From Patescibacteria group bacterium (GTDB taxonomy: Bacteria; Patescibacteriota; JAHJAL01), in contig JBMORM010000009.1 of assembly GCA_049322675.1 (NCBI GenBank), forward strand, positions 92,995 to 156,994: a stretch of DNA of 64,000 nt. The letters run 5' to 3'. A model generated the notes under the pieces. The model worked only from the letters and a program-made list of their open reading frames with translations, searched no databases and was not told where the DNA came from. Each line of letters starts with the position of its first letter. Within the stretch, counting starts at the first letter, position 1. Position numbers and translations under genes: made by a program. Of this stretch, positions 49,042-58,966 are shown in pieces.

Positions 49042-49602
49042 TTGGGTAAGAATTTTTTTCGTATCAATCACAATATTCGTGCCAGAGAAGTTTTTTTGGT
49101 TGATGAGACCGGTCAGGTATTGGGAAATGTTTTGTTGCAAGATGCATTACAAAAAGCTCAAATCGCCGAATTGGATTTGGTAGAGGTTTCGCCCAATGCC
49201 AAACCACCGGTATGCAAGATATTGGATTTCGGTAAGTTTAAATATGAGGTAGAAAAACAGGAAAGAAAGCAGAAAGCCAAAAATAAGTCCGCAGATCTGA
49301 AGGAAATACGTCTGTCATTAAATATCGACGACAACGACCTCAATGTTAAAATCAGAAAGGCTAAGGAATTTTTACAAAAAAAACATAAGGTTAAAGTATC
49401 ATTGATGCTTAAAGGGCGTGAAGCGATGTTTTCCGACAAAGCGAGAGAGGTTATCAATTCTTTTTATGTAAAAATGGATGGGATGGCAAAGATTGAGGTG
49501 CCAATGAAGAGATTGGGGAAAAACTGGCAGATTACTATGGCACCCGAGACCAAGCCCAAGTTGAAAGAAGAACATATAGAAGATAATCAGCTCTCCAAGT
49601 AA
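49042..49602 (+). CDS. infC: Translation initiation factor IF-3
   Basis: INHNIRAREVFLVDETGQVLG...LDLVEVSPNAKPPVCKILDFGKFKYE matches IF3 N- and C-domains. A non-ATG start (TTG at 49042 or nearby) is consistent with infC autoregulation. Confidence 0.85.
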   Translation: MGKNFFRINHNIRAREVFLVDETGQVLGNVLLQDALQKAQIAELDLVEVSPNAKPPVCKILDFGKFKYEVEKQERKQKAKNKSADLKEIRLSLNIDDNDLNVKIRKAKEFLQKKHKVKVSLMLKGREAMFSDKAREVINSFYVKMDGMAKIEVPMKRLGKNWQITMAPETKPKLKEEHIEDNQLSK

Positions 49603-49700
49603 TTGACAATGTATTGTATTTTTGTTTTTACGTACTTGCTACTTAATTAAGATTAAGATATAATTTTATTTGTTTGTATTTATCGGTTGAATATTTATAT

Positions 49701-49898
49701 ATGCCTAAATTAAAGACACATCGTGGTTACAAAAAGCGATTGACGCGAACTGGCACAGGCAAGTTAACCAGAAAACATGCCGGCGAATGTCATTTTTTGG
49801 AGAAAAGAAGTGCCAAGAGAAAGAGAAAGTTGGCTGTAGCAAATACTATCCATCCGACCGCACTAAAAAGAATCAAAAAGACGGTTGTTTATTTGTAG
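49701..49898 (+). CDS. rpmI: 50S ribosomal protein L35
   Basis: MPKLKTHRGYKKRLTRTGTGKLTRKHAG... I chose the internal Met of the longer ORF. Confidence 0.85.
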   Translation: MPKLKTHRGYKKRLTRTGTGKLTRKHAGECHFLEKRSAKRKRKLAVANTIHPTALKRIKKTVVYL

Positions 49899-49957
49899 TT
49901 TCTGCGTAAGGTTTGTTTTATAAGCCTAGATTTATGTTTTGATATTAATTTTTTTAT

Positions 49958-50326
49958 ATGACTAGAATAAAACGTGGTATTCTTACCAAAAAGAAACACA
50001 AGAAGTTGATGAAACTCACCAAGGGTTATCAAGGTCCAGAACGTGTAAAAACCAGAAAAGAAGGGTACTTGAAGGCGGGTCAACATGCGTTTGCCGGACG
50101 CAAAATAAAAAAGAGAGACTATCGGTCATTGTGGATTTTGCGTATTGGCGCCAAATCGCGCGAATTTGGACTTTCTTATAATCGTTTTATAAACGGCTTA
50201 AAGAAAGCCAATATAGAGCTGGATAGAAAGATATTGGCTCATTTGGCAGTGGCCGAACCGAAAGCATTTGAGGAGTTGGTAAAAAAAGCACAAACTGGCT
50301 TGGGAAAAGTGAAGGTTGGTGAATAA
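49958..50326 (+). CDS. rplT: 50S ribosomal protein L20
   Basis: [26 protein letters not shown]...[13 protein letters not shown]... Confidence 0.9.
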   Translation: MTRIKRGILTKKKHKKLMKLTKGYQGPERVKTRKEGYLKAGQHAFAGRKIKKRDYRSLWILRIGAKSREFGLSYNRFINGLKKANIELDRKILAHLAVAEPKAFEELVKKAQTGLGKVKVGE

Positions 50327-50345
50327 AAATAATGTAATTTTGGAA

Positions 50346-50370
50346 AGCCCCAGTATCCTGGGGTTTTTTT
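50346..50370 (+). terminator. Rho-independent terminator after rplT
   Basis: aaaGCCCCAGtatcCTGGGGttttttt. Confidence 0.7.
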
Positions 50371-50394
50371 GTGAGTACAAAAGTTAATTTTATT

Positions 50395-50772
50395 TTATTT
50401 TTTTTCCAGATTGAATCCAATCGGGGTCTTCTGATTATGTTCTTCCATGGCGGCAGTCAGATTTATGTTGCCAAAATTTTTTTCATATTGCTTTATTTGG
50501 GCTCCCAAAGCATTGAATAATGCTTTAGCGTGTTGAGGACTAATCGACAATCGATTGATTACTTTCATCATGTTCATTTGTGGCAAATGTTGGGCAAAAT
50601 CGAAGGTAAAGCCAAATGGGTTGTGATTAATAAAAACGGCGTCAGAGTATTTGGCTTCGAGTTTGTCAGGATCGATATTTATTTGTAGGCCTTTTTTTGA
50701 TTGTTCGTTGTTTTCGTTCATTGATTTTTTTAATAAATATTGTAATTGTATTTCAGTTGAATTATACGACAA
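50395..50772 (-). CDS. DUF3467-like hypothetical protein
   Basis: 125 aa. The motif DAVFINHNPFGFTFDF resembles the DUF3467 core. Confidence 0.45.
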   Translation of the reverse strand: MSYNSTEIQLQYLLKKSMNENNEQSKKGLQINIDPDKLEAKYSDAVFINHNPFGFTFDFAQHLPQMNMMKVINRLSISPQHAKALFNALGAQIKQYEKNFGNINLTAAMEEHNQKTPIGFNLEKK

Positions 50773-50932
50773 ATTAAAGATTGATTAAATGACAATTAGA
50801 AGTATTTTTACCCTTGACTTGGGAGGCAAAAATACGGTAAGCTGTTTATTAGTCACATTTGTGTAAAGTATCCTTTCTTTATCATATGAAAGGGTGTTTT
50901 TGGGTCTATTTAATCAATAACTTACAAAAAAA

Positions 50933-51400
50933 ATGAATGACAAAAACAAATTTATTTTGACCAAGCAGGGACTGGAAGAAATCAGAGACGAATTGGAAAA
51001 ATTGTACGAGGAAAGAAAACAGGTCGCGGCAATGATAAAAGAGGCTCGCAGCTATGGAGACATCTCAGAAAATTCAGAATATTCTCAAGCAAAAGAAAGA
51101 CAAGGCATGCTTGAAGGCAGAATTGCCGAGTTGGAGAATATTTTGAGAAATGCCATAATGGCCGAAGATAGCAGTTGTCGTCCCCATGTTGTTTGCGTTG
51201 GTTCAAAAGTAAAGGTAAGAAATTTGAATCAAGAAATTGATTATATTTTGGTGGGAGCAACACAGTCAAATCCCAAGGAAGGAAAAATATCGGTTGACTC
51301 TCCGGTTGGGAAGGCATTGTTGGGTAAATCTGTAGGCGAAGAGGTAACCGTGCAAGCTCCGGGTGGACAGATAAAGCTAATGGTAAAACAAATTGCCTAG
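50933..51400 (+). CDS. greA: Transcription elongation factor GreA
   Basis: 155 aa. The N-terminal coiled coil carries ...ARSYGDISENSEYSQAKERQGMLEGRIAELE. A C-terminal FKBP-like domain is present. Confidence 0.85.
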   Translation: MNDKNKFILTKQGLEEIRDELEKLYEERKQVAAMIKEARSYGDISENSEYSQAKERQGMLEGRIAELENILRNAIMAEDSSCRPHVVCVGSKVKVRNLNQEIDYILVGATQSNPKEGKISVDSPVGKALLGKSVGEEVTVQAPGGQIKLMVKQIA

Positions 51401-51425
51401 GTTATCAAAGGAAGCAATTTGTAGA

Positions 51426-51456
51426 AAATCCCAATTTTAATCTAATTGGGATTTTT
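51426..51456 (+). terminator. Rho-independent terminator after greA
   Basis: AAATCCCAATTttaatctAATTGGGATTTttat. Confidence 0.6.
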
Positions 51457-51505
51457 ATATAATGAAAAGGACGAAAAGATCATCAAATAATTAATAGGCA
51501 AAAAT

Positions 51506-53701
51506 ATGAACCAAGAAATTGAAGGGCATCAAAGTGTCGAGGAAGTACGGCGGGAGAAATTAAACAAAATTATTCAAATGGGGATAATCCCATATGCTGA
51601 TCGAGGAGAAAAAACTGCCGATATCGCGGCTATACTATCCAATTTTGAAAAATGGATGGAAAAGGATATTTTCGTTTGCGGGCGGATTATGGCTATCAGA
51701 AAACATGGAAAAGCTATTTTTGCGGATTTAAAAGATGATTCGGCGGAGATACAGCTCCATATTAAGGCGGATAATTTTTCCAACAATGAATTTGAATTTT
51801 TTGATGAACTGATTGATATTGGAGATTTTTTGCAAATTTATGGAAAATGTTTCAAAACTAAGCGTGGCGAGAAATCAGTTGAGGTTTCGATGTTCAAACT
51901 TTTATCCAAATCCTTGTTACCTTTACCGGAAAAATGGAAAGGATTACAAGATGCAGAAAAGAGATATCGATGGCGTTATCTGGACTTGTTGACCAATGAC
52001 CAGATCCGTGATCGTTTTCGTTTACGAGCGCGTATGATCAGCGCTATGCGAAAGTTTATGGACGAAAGAGGTTTTTTAGAGGTTGAAACCCCTGTTTTAC
52101 AGTCAAGCGCCGGCGGCGCGATCGCAAAACCATTTTTGTCCTATTATGATGCCATGGATTGTCCGGTCAAATTGAGGATTGCTCCGGAATTATATTTGAA
52201 AAGACTGTTGGTGGCAGGATACGAAAAAGTTTATGAAATTGGCAAGGTATATCGCAATGAGGGACGAGATCCATCTCATCTTCCGGAGTTTACCATGTTT
52301 GAATTTTATCAAGCATATTCAAATTACGAAGATTTGATGACAATGACAGAGGAAATGATCGCCAAGGTTTTGAAAGATACAGTTGGACGAATGTCTGTCA
52401 AAATAGGAGAACATAACATAGATTTAATTCCCCCCTACCCCAGGAAAAATATTTTTGAAATTATTAAAGAATACGGCGGACAGGATTTGTCTCAATACAA
52501 GACAGCACAAGATTTATTGACATATATCAGGCAAGCCGGTATCAAAATTGAAGGGAATTTGGAAAAATTTGGGTATGGTAAATTATTGGATGAAATTTAT
52601 AAAAAAATTGCTCGACCAAAGGTGATTGATCCTGTTTTTTTGATTGATCATCCGATTGAATTGTCTCCTTTAGCTCGAAAAAAAGATGCCGACCCGACCA
52701 GAGTTGATCGTTTCCAATTGATAGTCAATGGTTGGGAAATTTGCAATTCATTTTCCGAGTTGATAGATCCGGTAGACCAAGAGGAAAGGTTCAAAATACA
52801 ATCATCTTTGCGCTCAGGAGGAGATGAAGAAGCGCATGAATTTGACGAAGACTATGTTGAAGCAATGAAATATGGCATGCCGCCGATTGCCGGTTGGGGA
52901 ATGGGATTGGATCGAATGATGTCATTATTGACAGGAGTTGACAATTTGCGTGAGTTGATTTTGTTCCCTTTTGTGAAGAAGAAAGAGAAAGAAGAAAAGG
53001 ACAATATAATCGTTGATAAAAAAGAAATTATTGATAACCCGCCGATAAAACCAAGCAAGGAATTGTTGGATGATTTGGATTCCAAATTGCTTGCCAGTGA
53101 TTTATTTGATGATAATGAGCTGGACAAGTTAAATATTGAGACGATGGGAATTAGTCATGCTGATGCCTTGGAGTTGATGAAAAATAATCTTGAGTCGAAG
53201 AATCTGCAAAAACATAGTCTTGCGGTGGAAGCAATCTTAAAAAAAGTTGCGCAAAAAATCGGGGCTGACGAAGACGTCTGGTCAATTGCTGGTCTATTAC
53301 ACGATATAGACTATGAGAAGACAATGAAAGAACCAACACGACATTGTTTGCTGACTGAAGGTATTTTAAAAGCCAAGAAAGTAAGTCCGTTGATTATTCA
53401 GGCCATCAAAGCTCATAATCCTGAGTGTGGCGGCAAAAGAAAAACCAGATTAGACTACGCTTTGTATGCGATTGATCCCTTGAGTGGCTTTATTATTGCC
53501 TGCGCCTTGGTAACACCGGACAAAAAATTGACAAATTTGACAGTAGAATCAATTTTAAGAAAGTACAAAGAAAAATCATTTGCCAAAAGTGCAAATCGAG
53601 AAGCAATGCTTTCTATTGTCCAATTGGGAATTGAATTGGAAGATTTTGTCGAGTTGGGATTGGAAGCCCTAAAAGAAATTAGTCAGGAACTAGAATTATA
53701 G
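51506..53701 (+). CDS. lysS: Lysyl-tRNA synthetase (class II) fused to a C-terminal HD/HDIG (YqeK-like) phosphohydrolase domain
   Basis: The N-terminal ~500 aa carry the OB-fold anticodon-binding domain and class II motifs (..FLEVETPVLQ.., ..GMPPIAGWGMGLDRMMSLLTG..). A K/E linker follows. Residues ~560-731 contain KHSLAVEAILKKVAQKIG...AGLLHDIDYEK, the H...HD signature of HD-domain hydrolases. Confidence 0.85.
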   Translation: MNQEIEGHQSVEEVRREKLNKIIQMGIIPYADRGEKTADIAAILSNFEKWMEKDIFVCGRIMAIRKHGKAIFADLKDDSAEIQLHIKADNFSNNEFEFFDELIDIGDFLQIYGKCFKTKRGEKSVEVSMFKLLSKSLLPLPEKWKGLQDAEKRYRWRYLDLLTNDQIRDRFRLRARMISAMRKFMDERGFLEVETPVLQSSAGGAIAKPFLSYYDAMDCPVKLRIAPELYLKRLLVAGYEKVYEIGKVYRNEGRDPSHLPEFTMFEFYQAYSNYEDLMTMTEEMIAKVLKDTVGRMSVKIGEHNIDLIPPYPRKNIFEIIKEYGGQDLSQYKTAQDLLTYIRQAGIKIEGNLEKFGYGKLLDEIYKKIARPKVIDPVFLIDHPIELSPLARKKDADPTRVDRFQLIVNGWEICNSFSELIDPVDQEERFKIQSSLRSGGDEEAHEFDEDYVEAMKYGMPPIAGWGMGLDRMMSLLTGVDNLRELILFPFVKKKEKEEKDNIIVDKKEIIDNPPIKPSKELLDDLDSKLLASDLFDDNELDKLNIETMGISHADALELMKNNLESKNLQKHSLAVEAILKKVAQKIGADEDVWSIAGLLHDIDYEKTMKEPTRHCLLTEGILKAKKVSPLIIQAIKAHNPECGGKRKTRLDYALYAIDPLSGFIIACALVTPDKKLTNLTVESILRKYKEKSFAKSANREAMLSIVQLGIELEDFVELGLEALKEISQELEL

Positions 53702-53710
53702 GTATAAAAA

Positions 53711-53941
53711 ATGAAAGAATTTAATGATCATTTTGGCAATAGTAGTGACATTCATGAAGTCAATATTGAGTTTATGTCAAAATATACAAAAATGGGAAAT
53801 GTGTTGGGAGTTGACAATATTCGTACCAAGAAAGAATATTTTGATCCAGAAAAAGTTCGAGAAGATCTTATTAAAAAAGCCCAGGAATTGGCTAAAAAAG
53901 ATTGTGTTAGGTCTTTGTACAAGGAAATATTTGGCTATTGA
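53711..53941 (+). CDS. Hypothetical small protein
   Basis: 76-aa ORF with no recognizable motif. Part of a run of four small unknown plus-strand ORFs. Confidence 0.3.
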   Translation: MKEFNDHFGNSSDIHEVNIEFMSKYTKMGNVLGVDNIRTKKEYFDPEKVREDLIKKAQELAKKDCVRSLYKEIFGY

Positions 53942-53978
53942 TCGTCAATTTTAATACTGATTCTATTTTTTAAACATA

Positions 53979-54245
53979 ATGATTGAGAATTTTACAGATT
54001 CAAAAAAAGAAAATAGTATGAAAGGAACCGTTTTTTATGGTTCTCATGGTTTTTTAAAACGATTTGGAGACAATATTATTGATATAAAAGATAAAGGTAA
54101 AAGTTGTAATAATTCTGAAGGTTTGATTTTTGAAGAAAAACCGGGAGAAAACCAAAAAAAATATAAGGATATCATGATAAAAAATATAAGGGATTTTGTT
54201 TATAGTGTTAAAGAATATTTCTTGGAGAAGAATGAAACAGAATAA
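53979..54245 (+). CDS. Hypothetical small protein
   Basis: 88-aa ORF, K/E-rich. Confidence 0.3.
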   Translation: MIENFTDSKKENSMKGTVFYGSHGFLKRFGDNIIDIKDKGKSCNNSEGLIFEEKPGENQKKYKDIMIKNIRDFVYSVKEYFLEKNETE

Positions 54246-54250
54246 TTTTT

Positions 54251-54946
54251 TTGGAGAATAACATGTTGGAAAATTTGCAAAAAGAAGAGATTGTTCCTGA
54301 GCGTAATCATGTCTGTTGTGGAAGATGTGCCAAAGAAGCCAGTAGTAGATTGAGTCAATTGAGAAGCATCTTGTTGGATAATCCAGGCGAATATTTGCAT
54401 TACGATAATATTTTTATCGAATTTTCTAATCCGATCGTAGCTTATGACGATTGTGACAAAAAAAGATATTTTTTTACCGCTAAAGGAGAATTGTTTAACA
54501 GCAAGAATGATTCTCTGAAAGCCAAGGTACTTTTTTCCAATTTATTGGACAATCCAATATTGTTTGAAAAATCATCTCAGAAGAGATCAATGATTTTACG
54601 CAACCCGTATAGAGACGATTCTCCAAAGTGGACTGAAGAGATAGAACGCAATTACGGTACAAAAAACTTATTTTTGGTCTCATTGGCCGACGACAATATA
54701 TCCGAAAATAAAGATTTCGGTTTGGTTTTTAGCATGTACTCTTCGATTCTGGATGTATTAAAGGAAAGAGAGAAAAGAGAAAAGATTGTGTCTCTAAAAA
54801 GAAAAATATTGGGTTTAATCAGAACTTCGACTGCTGAAGAAATTGAAGATAAAACAGGCGTTGATTTTCTTCAGGGAATTATTGAAGAAGGAATATATTC
54901 TTCTCATTTTTTTGAGAAATTAAAATTTTATTATAATAATCGTTGA
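54251..54946 (+). CDS. Hypothetical protein
   Basis: 231-aa ORF. An N-terminal CCGRC cysteine cluster is the only notable feature. Confidence 0.4.
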   Translation: MENNMLENLQKEEIVPERNHVCCGRCAKEASSRLSQLRSILLDNPGEYLHYDNIFIEFSNPIVAYDDCDKKRYFFTAKGELFNSKNDSLKAKVLFSNLLDNPILFEKSSQKRSMILRNPYRDDSPKWTEEIERNYGTKNLFLVSLADDNISENKDFGLVFSMYSSILDVLKEREKREKIVSLKRKILGLIRTSTAEEIEDKTGVDFLQGIIEEGIYSSHFFEKLKFYYNNR

Positions 54947-54947
54947 A

Positions 54948-55328
54948 ATGGAAAGATTTTTTCCAAAATCATATCCCGAAGATAGACCGGTACCCAGTAA
55001 GAAAATGTCGGTAAAAACCCTGACAGCCAGTGTGTTTGTGATTGACGCCATGCCTTTTGGCACGGTTTATGACGAAAAAACCGTTAAGATGGATCCTTTG
55101 GACCTGGGAGACAATAGGAAAATTTTGCTTGAAAGAGCAAGAATAGTTTTGGATACAACTAGAAAAGGATTGAAACTGGAGGAAGATCCAAGAGAATTGA
55201 AGGTGGAAGATATGTTAAAAGACCATGAGCTATTAAAGAATATAAATGACGCTGGATTTGATTCTAAAATAATTAAAATCCTGACGGAAATAAAAAGATA
55301 TCTTTTGAAATGGTTTAACGGATCATAG
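54948..55328 (+). CDS. Hypothetical protein
   Basis: 126-aa ORF starting 2 nt after the previous stop. Confidence 0.4.
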   Translation: MERFFPKSYPEDRPVPSKKMSVKTLTASVFVIDAMPFGTVYDEKTVKMDPLDLGDNRKILLERARIVLDTTRKGLKLEEDPRELKVEDMLKDHELLKNINDAGFDSKIIKILTEIKRYLLKWFNGS

Positions 55329-57767
55329 AATCGAATACGGATCGACATCGATTGTCCAGCCATCTGGTATCATAGTTAAAAACTGCTGTAAATTTTGACC
55401 TTTGAGAATGATATGCCAGCGGTATTTATTTTTTATTTTGTGTAAAAATGTTGGTGAGGGACCCAGGATAGCCTGTAGGTCTTTATTTTTTTGTGTGGAA
55501 AATGCTTGGTTTAATACCTTGAAAACTTTAATTACTTCACTTCGGCATTTTGCCTGGTCAGGAGATTCATATAATAAACGAACAAGATTAACAAAAGGTG
55601 GAAATAGACTTTTTTGACGTTCGATCAATTCCGAATATGCAAAAAGCTGATAATCTTCTTTGGTCAAGGTTTCTAACAAGGGATTTTCCGGATCGAATGA
55701 CTGGATAAATACTTTGCCGGGGGTTTGACCTCGCCCAACACGACCAATTAATTGCAGCAAGAGCGAAAAATTTCTTTCTGTAGAACGAAAATCCGGCAAA
55801 TTGAATCCGGCATCGGCATTGATAATGCCGATCAAGTCGACATTGGGCAAATCCCATCCCTTGGCGATCATTTGGGTACCGATCAAAATATCCGCCTGAT
55901 GCGATTTGAAACTGGCAAAGATCTTATGATGGGCATTTTTGGTCTGAGTGGTATCGTGATCCATTCTCAAAATTCTAGCTTCAGGGAATAATTGACTGGT
56001 GTCTTGATGGACTTTCTGAGTACCGGCGCCATAAAATTTGATAGCGTGGCCGGAGCATTGAGGACAGGTGCGAGGGTTTTTTCCCTGTTGTCCGCAGTGA
56101 TGACATACAAGCGATTCCTGATTGAGATTAATATGATATGTAAGTGGAATATGACAATTGGAACAAAGGGCTACATAGCCACATTCTCGACAGAATACAT
56201 AGGTAGCCAAACCGCGGCGATTGAGAAATAGAAGTATCTGTTTTTTTTCCGTCAAAGCTTGCCTGATGGCCAATTGCAAAGAATAACTTAGCAAACTTTT
56301 GTTTTTGGCTGCAAATTCATCACGCAAATCGATCATAAAAAATTCTGGGCGTCGGTATTTTTGTGGAGATGACAATTCAGATATTGTCTGATTTAGGCGC
56401 AACAATTGATAGTGTCCTTTTTTAGCTTGCCAAAATGTTTCCAAACGAGGAGTGGCACTTCCTAGAATCAATTGAGAATTGGTCAATTCGCAGTATTTTT
56501 TGGCTACTGTTACAGCATGATAACGGGGAGTCATGTCCTGTTTGTAGCTGAATTCATGTTCTTCATCAATAATAATCAAACCTAGATTTGGAATCGGGGT
56601 AAAAAGAGCTGAACGGGAACCGATAACAATCCTGGCCTGACCATCGAAGATTTTCATCCACTGGTCGTATCTCTCACCAAGACTCATGTGGGAATGATAA
56701 ATTGCCAATTTTCCCTGAAATCTTTCTAAAAAACGAAGGATAGTTTGGGGTAATAAGGCTATTTCTGGAACTAAAACAATAACATTTTGTCCTTTTTGAA
56801 GAGCCGCCGCCGCCGCTTGCAGATAAATCTCAGTCTTGCCACTGCCGGTACGGCCAAAAAGTAGGATTGGTTTTGGGTTTTCTTGTTGACTTTGGTATTG
56901 AATTGCTTGCAACGCCTTGCTTTGATCGGTTGTGAGTGAAAGATTGGGGATATTGTTGTTTTTTTCAAATACCTCCGGGGTTCGAATCGTTTTTTCCTGA
57001 CGTGAAGTGAGCAAATTATTTCTTATCATTAGATTCAAGGTAGCTCGAGATACTTTTAGCTCTTGGCGAATAGTTGTCCAAGGAGCGGAGCGTCTGTATT
57101 TGAGAAAATCAATGATTGATTTTTGTTTGCCGGTTTTTGGTTGAATTGTGGTGCTATTTTTTACTGAATTAAGCGAAATTATCTCGCTAAACTTTGGCTT
57201 TATGACAGGTGGAAGAAGGCAATATTTTTTAATAATCAAACCTTTTTTGACTAGAATCGATAGCTCTTTTTGACTGTTTGGACCAAATTTTTCAGAGATA
57301 ATTTTTTCCGGTGTTGGTTTTTTTGTATGAAATAAAAAATTGATAATTTTGTTTTCTTTTGATTGTTTGTCGATTTTTTTTGTTCCCAATTTATAGATAG
57401 GAATTATCGATTGAGTAACAAATGAGGGTATCATGGCGAAAATTGCTTGTCCCGGGGAACAAAAATAATAATCAGCGATAAAATTGGCGAGGGCGATTTG
57501 ATATTTATTTAGAATAGGTTTATTATCGATAATTTGTTGGACGGATTTTAATTTGTATCCCTGCGGGCCTCGGTTGTGAATGGCAACGACAATACCATGA
57601 ACCAAACGACGACCAAATGGGACCAAGACCAATTGACCAATTTGAATCGATTCGACTAGTTCTTGTTTGATCAGATAAGTGTATCCTTCTTTTTGCGTGT
57701 GGCCAGTTTTACTATCAACAATAATCTGACAATATTTGTTATTCATGTTTTTATTATAACTTGGCAA
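55323..57767 (-). CDS. priA: Primosomal protein N' (PriA helicase)
   Basis: 814 aa. Walker A is LLFGRTGSGKTEIYLQ, with DEEHE (DExH) and a Cys-rich zinc-binding insert (CRECGYVALCSNCHIPLTYH...CHHCGQ...CPQCSGH). Confidence 0.85.
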   Translation of the reverse strand: MPSYNKNMNNKYCQIIVDSKTGHTQKEGYTYLIKQELVESIQIGQLVLVPFGRRLVHGIVVAIHNRGPQGYKLKSVQQIIDNKPILNKYQIALANFIADYYFCSPGQAIFAMIPSFVTQSIIPIYKLGTKKIDKQSKENKIINFLFHTKKPTPEKIISEKFGPNSQKELSILVKKGLIIKKYCLLPPVIKPKFSEIISLNSVKNSTTIQPKTGKQKSIIDFLKYRRSAPWTTIRQELKVSRATLNLMIRNNLLTSRQEKTIRTPEVFEKNNNIPNLSLTTDQSKALQAIQYQSQQENPKPILLFGRTGSGKTEIYLQAAAAALQKGQNVIVLVPEIALLPQTILRFLERFQGKLAIYHSHMSLGERYDQWMKIFDGQARIVIGSRSALFTPIPNLGLIIIDEEHEFSYKQDMTPRYHAVTVAKKYCELTNSQLILGSATPRLETFWQAKKGHYQLLRLNQTISELSSPQKYRRPEFFMIDLRDEFAAKNKSLLSYSLQLAIRQALTEKKQILLFLNRRGLATYVFCRECGYVALCSNCHIPLTYHINLNQESLVCHHCGQQGKNPRTCPQCSGHAIKFYGAGTQKVHQDTSQLFPEARILRMDHDTTQTKNAHHKIFASFKSHQADILIGTQMIAKGWDLPNVDLIGIINADAGFNLPDFRSTERNFSLLLQLIGRVGRGQTPGKVFIQSFDPENPLLETLTKEDYQLFAYSELIERQKSLFPPFVNLVRLLYESPDQAKCRSEVIKVFKVLNQAFSTQKNKDLQAILGPSPTFLHKIKNKYRWHIILKGQNLQQFLTMIPDGWTIDVDPYSIL

Positions 57768-57817
57768 GAATTAAAAAAGCAGATAAATATTTTATCTGCT
57801 TTTTTAATTCTAAGTTA

Positions 57818-58081
57818 TTAATTTTTTAGCGTGATTTGATCATTTTTGTTGTCAAAGTCGTCGTAATTAATAAATTTGTAGTATTCGCGCAGTTTTTTTA
57901 GTTTTTCCCGGGCACCATCTTCTTTGATAGAATCAAAGACAATTTTGCTTTCTTCGGGAGTTAATTTGGCTTTTTGACAAATTTCTTTGTGGACTACTCG
58001 GACTACATCCAAGTTCAAGTCTTCTGCCGGCATTTCCAGCTTTCGAAAATTGTTTTCTAACATGTCGCCTCCTTTAGGCAA
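57818..58081 (-). CDS. Hypothetical small protein
   Basis: 87-aa charged ORF between tatD and priA. Confidence 0.35.
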   Translation of the reverse strand: MPKGGDMLENNFRKLEMPAEDLNLDVVRVVHKEICQKAKLTPEESKIVFDSIKEDGAREKLKKLREYYKFINYDDFDNKNDQITLKN

Positions 58082-58146
58082 ATTAAAAAAGTCACAATAT
58101 TTATTTTATGACTTTTTATACTTTTTTGACAGGTTTTTTTGGAAAA

Positions 58147-58908
58147 TTAGAGATTAAATAATTTGATTGCGTTTTCCGAGGTGTTTTTCCCTACTTCTTC
58201 AATAGTCATATCTTTTAATTCGGATATTTTTCTGGCAACTTCAACGACAAATGACGGTTCGTTTATCTGCCCCCGATATGGCACGGGAGTAAGATAGGGA
58301 GTGTCAGTTTCCAATAGAATACGATCAATAGGGGTTTGTCTGATGGTTTCCAAAATATTCTCGTCGCTAGTATAGGTAATACTGCCGGTAAAACCGAGAT
58401 GAAATCCCAAATCCAGAATTCTCTGCGCCAAAGACCAATCTCCTTCAAAACAATGCCAAACTCCTCTAATACCTTCGGACTTGTAAAGAGACAGGATTTC
58501 CATGACATCGTCGGCAGCGCCTCTGGCATGCACGATTATAGGCTTGGCTTCTTGAGCAGCGATAGAAATAAATTGTTGAAATATTTTGCGTTGATTTTCG
58601 ATAGTATTGGAATTGCGATGATAATCCAAACCAATCTCACCCACGGCGACGATTTCCGGATTGGCGATCAGTTCAGCTAGGGCTTGCATGTTTTCTATGT
58701 TGGCAGAATCAACGTGATTGGGATGAACTCCGGCAGCGGCAAAGACCAAATCGTTGCTTTTAGCCATTTCAAAAGCGGAAACAGAACTAGCCAAATCTAT
58801 CCCGGGATTAATTACGTGAGTAACATTGGCTTCTTTGGACCTTTTTATAACATCTTTGATATCGGGGTATTGGGCGAGATTAATGTGACAATGAGAATCG
58901 ATAAACAT
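58147..58908 (-). CDS. tatD: TatD-family metal-dependent DNase/hydrolase
   Basis: 253 aa beginning MFIDSHCHINL, with conserved His/Asp/Glu ligands (..VHARGAADD.., ..LLETDTPYL..). Confidence 0.85.
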   Translation of the reverse strand: MFIDSHCHINLAQYPDIKDVIKRSKEANVTHVINPGIDLASSVSAFEMAKSNDLVFAAAGVHPNHVDSANIENMQALAELIANPEIVAVGEIGLDYHRNSNTIENQRKIFQQFISIAAQEAKPIIVHARGAADDVMEILSLYKSEGIRGVWHCFEGDWSLAQRILDLGFHLGFTGSITYTSDENILETIRQTPIDRILLETDTPYLTPVPYRGQINEPSFVVEVARKISELKDMTIEEVGKNTSENAIKLFNL

Positions 58909-58966
58909 AAAAACAAAAATTAATAATTAACAATGAAAAATGAATAATAAAATATTTTATAAATAA

